Shown piece after piece: positions 58,705 through 64,000 of a stretch of 64,000 nucleotides of DNA. The notes beneath the pieces were generated by a model. The model did no database searches and was not told the DNA's origin. It saw only the letters and a program-made list of their open reading frames with translations. Source of the stretch: Heptranchias perlo (lineage: Eukaryota). The position numbers and the translations under genes are program-made. The stretch covers positions 2,294,001 to 2,358,000 of the forward strand of contig NC_090345.1 of the NCBI RefSeq assembly GCF_035084215.1. Reading direction: 5' to 3'. The stretch's first letter is position 1. Each line of letters begins with the position of its first letter.

Positions 58705-59882
58705 AATCAAAATCATGAAGGATCTAGACAGAGTAGATAGAGAGAAACTGTTCCCATTGGCGGAAGGGTCAAGAACCAGAGGACATAGATTTAAGGTCAT
58801 TGGCGAAAGAACCAAAGGTGACATGAGGAAAATCATTTTTTCTGGAATTCACTGCCCGAGGGGGTGGTGGAGGCAGATTCAATCATGGCCTTCAAAAGGG
58901 AACTGGATAAGTACTTGAAAGGAAAAAATTTGCAGGGCTACGGGGAAAGGGCGGGGGGAGTGGGACTAACTGGATTGCTCTTGCATAGAGCCAGCATGGA
59001 CTCGATGGGCTGAATGGCCTCCTTCCCTGCTGTAATCTTTCTATGATTCCATGATTCTATGATGTGATGAGTCTTTACTTGAACACAGTGAAGTTGCAGG
59101 AAGGAGGAAGAGTTGTGGGATTGGGGAATAGGAGATCAGCAGGAACAAGAGAGGAAAGTCCTGTCCATAGAATAATGGGACAAGAAAGATTGTGAGAGAA
59201 GGCGAGAGGGAGAGAAAGGGTGAGAGANNNNNNNNNNNNNNNNNNNNNNNNNNNNNNNNNNNNNNNNNNNNNNNNNNNNNNNNNNNNNNNNNNNNNNNNN
59301 NNNNNNNNNNNNNNNNNNNNNNNNNNNNNNNNNNNNNNNNNNNNNNNNNNNNNNNNNNNNNNNNNNNNNNNNNNNNNNNAGAGAGTGCAGAGAAGATTTA
59401 CAAGAATGTTGCCGGGGCTTGAAAATTGCATCTACGAGGAGAGATTGGATAGGCTGGGGTTGTTTTCCTTGGAGCAGAGGAGGCTGAGGGGAGACTTGAT
59501 TGAGGTGTACAAAATTATGAGGGGCCCAGATAGAGTAGACAGGAAGTACATGTTTCCCCTAGCGGAGAGTTCAAGAACTAGGGGACATAGATTTAAGCTG
59601 ATTGGCGGAAGGATTAGAGGGGACATGAGGAAAAACTTTTTTACCCAGAGGGTGGTGGGTGTATGGAATTCGCTGCCCGAATTGGTGGTAGAGGCAGGGA
59701 CCCTCAACTCTTTTAAAAAGTACCTGGACCTGTACCTAAAGTGCTGTAAGCTGCAGGGCCACGGACTGGGTGCTGGAAGGTGGGATTAGAATGGGCACCT
59801 GGTTGTTCTTCGAGCCGGCGCGGACACGATGGGCTGAATGGCCCCCTTCTGTGCTGTATCTTTTCTATGGTTCTATGGTTCT
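58705..59882 (+). mobile_element. Two CR1 LINE 3' fragments (58705-59060, 59380-59882) either side of an assembly gap
   Basis: RVQRRFTRMLPGL...YEERLDRLGLFSLEQRRLRGDLIEVYKIM; (attct/ttctatg)-type tails. Confidence 0.88.
59228..59379. other. Assembly gap (N run)
   Basis: Ns in the sequence. Confidence 1.
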
Positions 59883-59989
59883 AGAAGTTGGAGGCTAGAG
59901 GTGAGAGGATCATGGCCTTTCTGTTATGGGAGTGTGAGGGAGGGGGTGTCTCTCCATGGACCACTCTCATTGCCTGCCTCCTGTCGCAG

Positions 59990-60109
59990 GATTTGGGATG
60001 TACCAGGCCTGTGGACATGTCGACTACTACCCAAACGGGGGAGAGAATATGCCAGGCTGCTCCAAGAACATCCTTTCAACCATTTTGGACATCGATGGGA
60101 TCTGGACAG
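59990..60109 (+). CDS. Lipase coding exon 7 ([40 protein letters not shown]); gene continues beyond the right edge
   Basis: cgcag/GTGGGT boundaries, 120 nt; GH.D.YPNGG..MPGC and lid DIDGIW motifs. Confidence 0.94.
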
Positions 60110-60204
60110 GTGGGTGGTGTGAATGTTACTTAGACACGTGCCACTGGTGGGAATGAAACTCCCCACAGCACGCAGGGTATCGTTTAAAGGAAGACCGTCC
60201 TGTG

Positions 60205-63200
60205 TCGGGTGTCCCTACAGGGAGTGGGACGGTGTCCGGTGATTCTATAGGGAGTGGGATGGTGTCCGGTGTTTCTATAGGGAGTGGGATGGTGTCCGGT
60301 GATTCTACAGGGAGTGGGACGGTGTCCGGTGTTTCTACAGGGAGTGGGATGGTGTCCGGTGATTCTACAGGGAGTGGGATGGTGTCCGGTGTTTCTATAG
60401 GGAGTGGGATGGTGTCCGGTGTTTCTATAGGGAGTGGGATGGTGTCCGGTGTTTCTATTGGGAGTGGGACGGTGTCCGGTGATTCTATAGGGAGTGGGAC
60501 GGTGTCCGGTGATTCTATAGGGAGTGGGACGGTGTCCGGTGATTCTATAGGGAGTGGGACGGTGTCCGGTGATTCTATAGGGAGTGGGATGGTGTCCGGT
60601 GTTTCTATAGGGAGTGGGACGGTGTCCGGTGATTCTATAGGGAGTGGGATGGTGTCCGGTGATTCTATAGGGAGTGGGACGGTGTCCGGTGATTCTATAG
60701 GGAGTGGGATGGTGTCCGGTGATTCTATAGGGAGTGGGACGGTGTCCGGTGTTTCTATAGGGAGTGGGATGGTGTCCGGTGTTTCTATAGGGAGTGGGAT
60801 GGTGTCCGGTGTTTCTATAGGGAGTGGGATGGCGTCCGGTGTTTCTATAGGGAGTGGGACGGTGTCCGGTGATTCTATAGGGAGTGGGATGGTGTCCGGT
60901 GTTTCTATAGGGAGTGGGATGGTGTCCGGTGTTTCTATAGGGAGTGGGATGGTGTCCGGTGTTTCTATAGGGAGTGGGACGGTGTCCGGTGTTTCTATAG
61001 GGAGTGGGACGGTGTCCGGTGTTTCTATAGGGAGTGGGACGGTGTCCGGTGTCTCTATAGGGAGTGGGACGGTGTCCGGTGTCTCTATAGGGAGTGGGAT
61101 GGTGTCCGGTGTTTCTATAGGGAGTGGGATGGTGTCCGGTGTTTCTATAGGGAGTGGGACGGTGTCCGGTGATTCTATAGGGAGTGGGACGGTGTCCGGT
61201 GTTTCTATAGGGAGTGGGACGGTGTCCGGTGTCTCTATAGGGAGTGGGACGGTGTCCGGTGTTTCTATAGGGAGTGGGATGGTGTCCGGTGTTTCTACAG
61301 GGAGTGGGATGGTGTCCGGTGTTTCTATAGGGAGTGGGACGGTGTCCGGTGTTTCTATAGGGAGTGGGATGGTGTCCGGTGATTCTATAGGGAGTGGGAT
61401 GGTGTCCGGTGTTTCTATAGGGAGTGGGATGGTGTCCGGTGTCTCTATAGGGAGTGGGACGGTGTCCGGTGTCTCTATAGGGAGTGGGATGGTGTCCGGT
61501 GTCTCTATAGGGAGTGGGACGGTGTCCGGTGTTTCTATAGGGAGTGGGAGGGTGTCCGGTGTTTCTACAGGGAGTGGGATGGTGTCCGGTGTCTCTATCG
61601 GGAGTGGGACGGTGTCCGGTGTCTCTATAGGGAGTGGGACGGTGTCCGGTGTTTCTATAGGGAGTGGGATGGTGTCCGGTGTTTCTATAGGGAGTGGGAC
61701 GGTGTCCCGTGTTTCTATAGGGAGTGGGACGGTGTCCGGTGTTTCTATAGGGAGTGGGACGGTGTCCCGTGTTTCTATAGGGAGTGGGACGGTGTCCCGT
61801 GTTTCTATAGGGAGTGGGACGGTGTCCGGTGTTTCTATAGGGAGTGGGATGGTGTCCGGTGTTTCTATAGGGAGTGGGACGGTGTCCCGTGTTTCTATAG
61901 GGAGTGGGACGGTGTCCGGTGTTTCTACAGGGAGTGGGATGGTGTCCGGTGTCTCTATCGGGAGTGGGACGGTGTCCGGTGTCTCTATAGGGAGTGGGAC
62001 GGTGTCCGGTGTTTCTATAGGGAGTGGGATGGTGTCCGGTGTTTCTATAGGGAGTGGGATGGTGTCCGGTGTTTCTATAGGGAGTGGGACGGTGTCCGGT
62101 GTCTCTATAGGGAGTGGGATGGTGTCCGGTGATTCTATAGGGAGTGGGATGGTGTCCGGTGTTTCTATAGGGAGTGGGATGGTGTCCGGTGTCTCTATAG
62201 GGAGTGGGACGGTGTCCGGTGTTTCTATAGGGAGTGGGAGGGTGTCCGGTGTTTCTACAGGGAGTGGGATGGTGTCCGGTGTCTCTATCGGGAGTGGGAC
62301 GGTGTCCGGTGTCTCTATAGGGAGTGGGACGGTGTCCGGTGTTTCTATAGGGAGTGGGATGGTGTCCGGTGTTTCTATAGGGAGTGGGACGGTGTCCCGT
62401 GTTTCTATAGGGAGTGGGACGGTGTCCGGTGTTTCTATAGGGAGTGGGACGGTGTCCCGTGTTTCTATAGGGAGTGGGACGGTGTCCCGTGTTTCTATAG
62501 GGAGTGGGACGGTGTCCGGTGTTTCTATAGGGAGTGGGATGGTGTCCGGTGTTTCTATAGGGAGTGGGACGGTGTCCCGTGTTTCTATAGGGAGTGGGAC
62601 GGTGTCCGGTGTTTCTACAGGGAGTGGGATGGTGTCCGGTGTCTCTATCGGGAGTGGGACGGTGTCCGGTGTCTCTATAGGGAGTGGGACGGTGTCCGGT
62701 GTTTCTATAGGGAGTGGGATGGTGTCCGGTGTTTCTATAGGGAGTGGGATGGTGTCCGGTGTTTCTATAGGGAGTGGGACGGTGTCCGGTGTCTCTATAG
62801 GGAGTGGGATGGTGTCCGGTGATTCTATAGGGAGTGGGATGGTGTCCGGTGTTTCTATAGGGAGTGGGATGGTGTCCGGTGTTTCTATAGGGAGTGGGAT
62901 GGTGTCCGGTGTTTCTATAGGGAGTGGGATGGTGTCCGGTGTTTCTATAGGGAGTGGGATGGTGTCCGGTGTTTCTATAGGGAGTGGGATGGTGTCCGGT
63001 GTCTCTATAGGGAGTGGGACGGTGTCCGGTGTTTCTATAGGGAGTGGGATGGTGTCCGGTGTTTCTATAGGGAGTGGGACGGTGTCCGGTGTTTCTATAG
63101 GGAGTGGGACGGTGTCCGGTGTCTCTATAGGGAGTGGGATGGTGTCCGGTGATTCTATAGGGAGTGGGATGGTGTCCGGTGTTTCTATAGGGAGTGGGAT

Positions 63201-64000
63201 GGTGTCCGGTGATTCTATAGGGAGTGGAATGGTGTCCGGTGATTCTATAGGGAGTGGGATGGTGTCCGGTGTTTCTATAGGGAGTGGGATGGTGTCCGGT
63301 GTCTCTACAGGGAGTGGGATGGTGTCCGGTGTTTCTATAGGGAGTGGGACAGTGTCCGGTGTTTCTACAGGGAGTGGGATGGTGTCCGGTGTCTCTATAG
63401 GGAGTGGGACGGTGTCCGGTGTTTCTATAGGGAGTGGGACGGTGTCCGGTGTCTCTATAGGGAGTGGGATGGTGTCCGGTGTTTCTATAGGGAGTGGGAT
63501 GGTGTCCGGTGTTTCTATAGGGAGTGGGACGGTGTCCGGTGTTTCTATAGGGAGTGGGATGGTGTCCGGTGATTCTATAGGGAGTGGGATGGTGTCCGGT
63601 GTTTCTATAGGGAGTGGGACGGTGTCCGGTGTTTCTATAGGGAGTGGGACGGTGTCCGGTGATTCTATAGGGAGTGGGACGGTGTCCGGTGTTTCTATAG
63701 GGAGTGGGATGGTGTCCGGTGTTTCTATAGGGAGTGGGACGGTGTCCGGTGTTTCTATAGGGAGTGGGACGGTGTCCGGTGTTTCTATAGGGAGTGGGAC
63801 GGTGTCCGGTGTTTCTATAGGGAGTGGGATGGTGTCCGGTGTTTCTATAGGGAGTGGGACGGTGTCCCGTGTTTCTATAGGGAGTGGGATGGTGTCCGGT
63901 GTTTCTACAGGGAGTGGGATGGTGTCCGGTGATTCTATAGGGAGTGGGACGGTGTCCGGTGTTTCTATAGGGAGTGGGACGGTGTCCGGTGTTTCTATAG
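60205..64000. repeat. 30-bp minisatellite (ggagtggga[c/t]ggtgtccggtgtttctatag), >125 copies, running off the window
   Basis: Direct periodicity. Confidence 0.98.

Noticed and set aside
45902-60109. Assigning PNLIP, PNLIPRP1 or PNLIPRP2 as the gene symbol
   Set aside because: Family membership is clear, but one-to-one orthology needs a phylogeny.

Overview
Eukaryotic vertebrate DNA, most likely from a cartilaginous fish (inferred from the shark-type CR1/L2 LINEs, Deu-domain SINEs and repeat families). It holds four spliced genes, which I reconstructed by hand from GT-AG junctions and exon phase. (1) PDCD11/RRP5, minus strand: a 5' exon plus 8 coding exons, running off the left edge. (2) ATP5MK (USMG5/DAPIT), plus strand, 61 aa, sharing a ~0.5 kb CCAAT-rich bidirectional promoter with PDCD11. 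(3) A complete TAF5, minus strand, 10 coding exons, ~765 aa. (4) A pancreatic-lipase-family gene, plus strand, 7 coding exons visible, running off the right edge. The introns are filled with retroelement fragments and about 20 tandem-repeat arrays, which produce nearly all the long ORFs in the track. Main leads: the lipase has its catalytic Ser replaced by Gly (GHGLG) plus the PLRP1-type Val in LDPVEP, yet its exons are intact; several minisatellites are amplified copies of the host gene's own splice junctions, including ~140 in-frame donor copies after a lipase exon; TAF5 intron 2 holds an inverted 23-nt copy of exon 3; ATP5MK intron 2 holds a Penelope-type foldback with split hammerhead cores; and a U6 snRNA fragment sits inside an L2. 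No database searches were run; comparisons with human genes are from recall.
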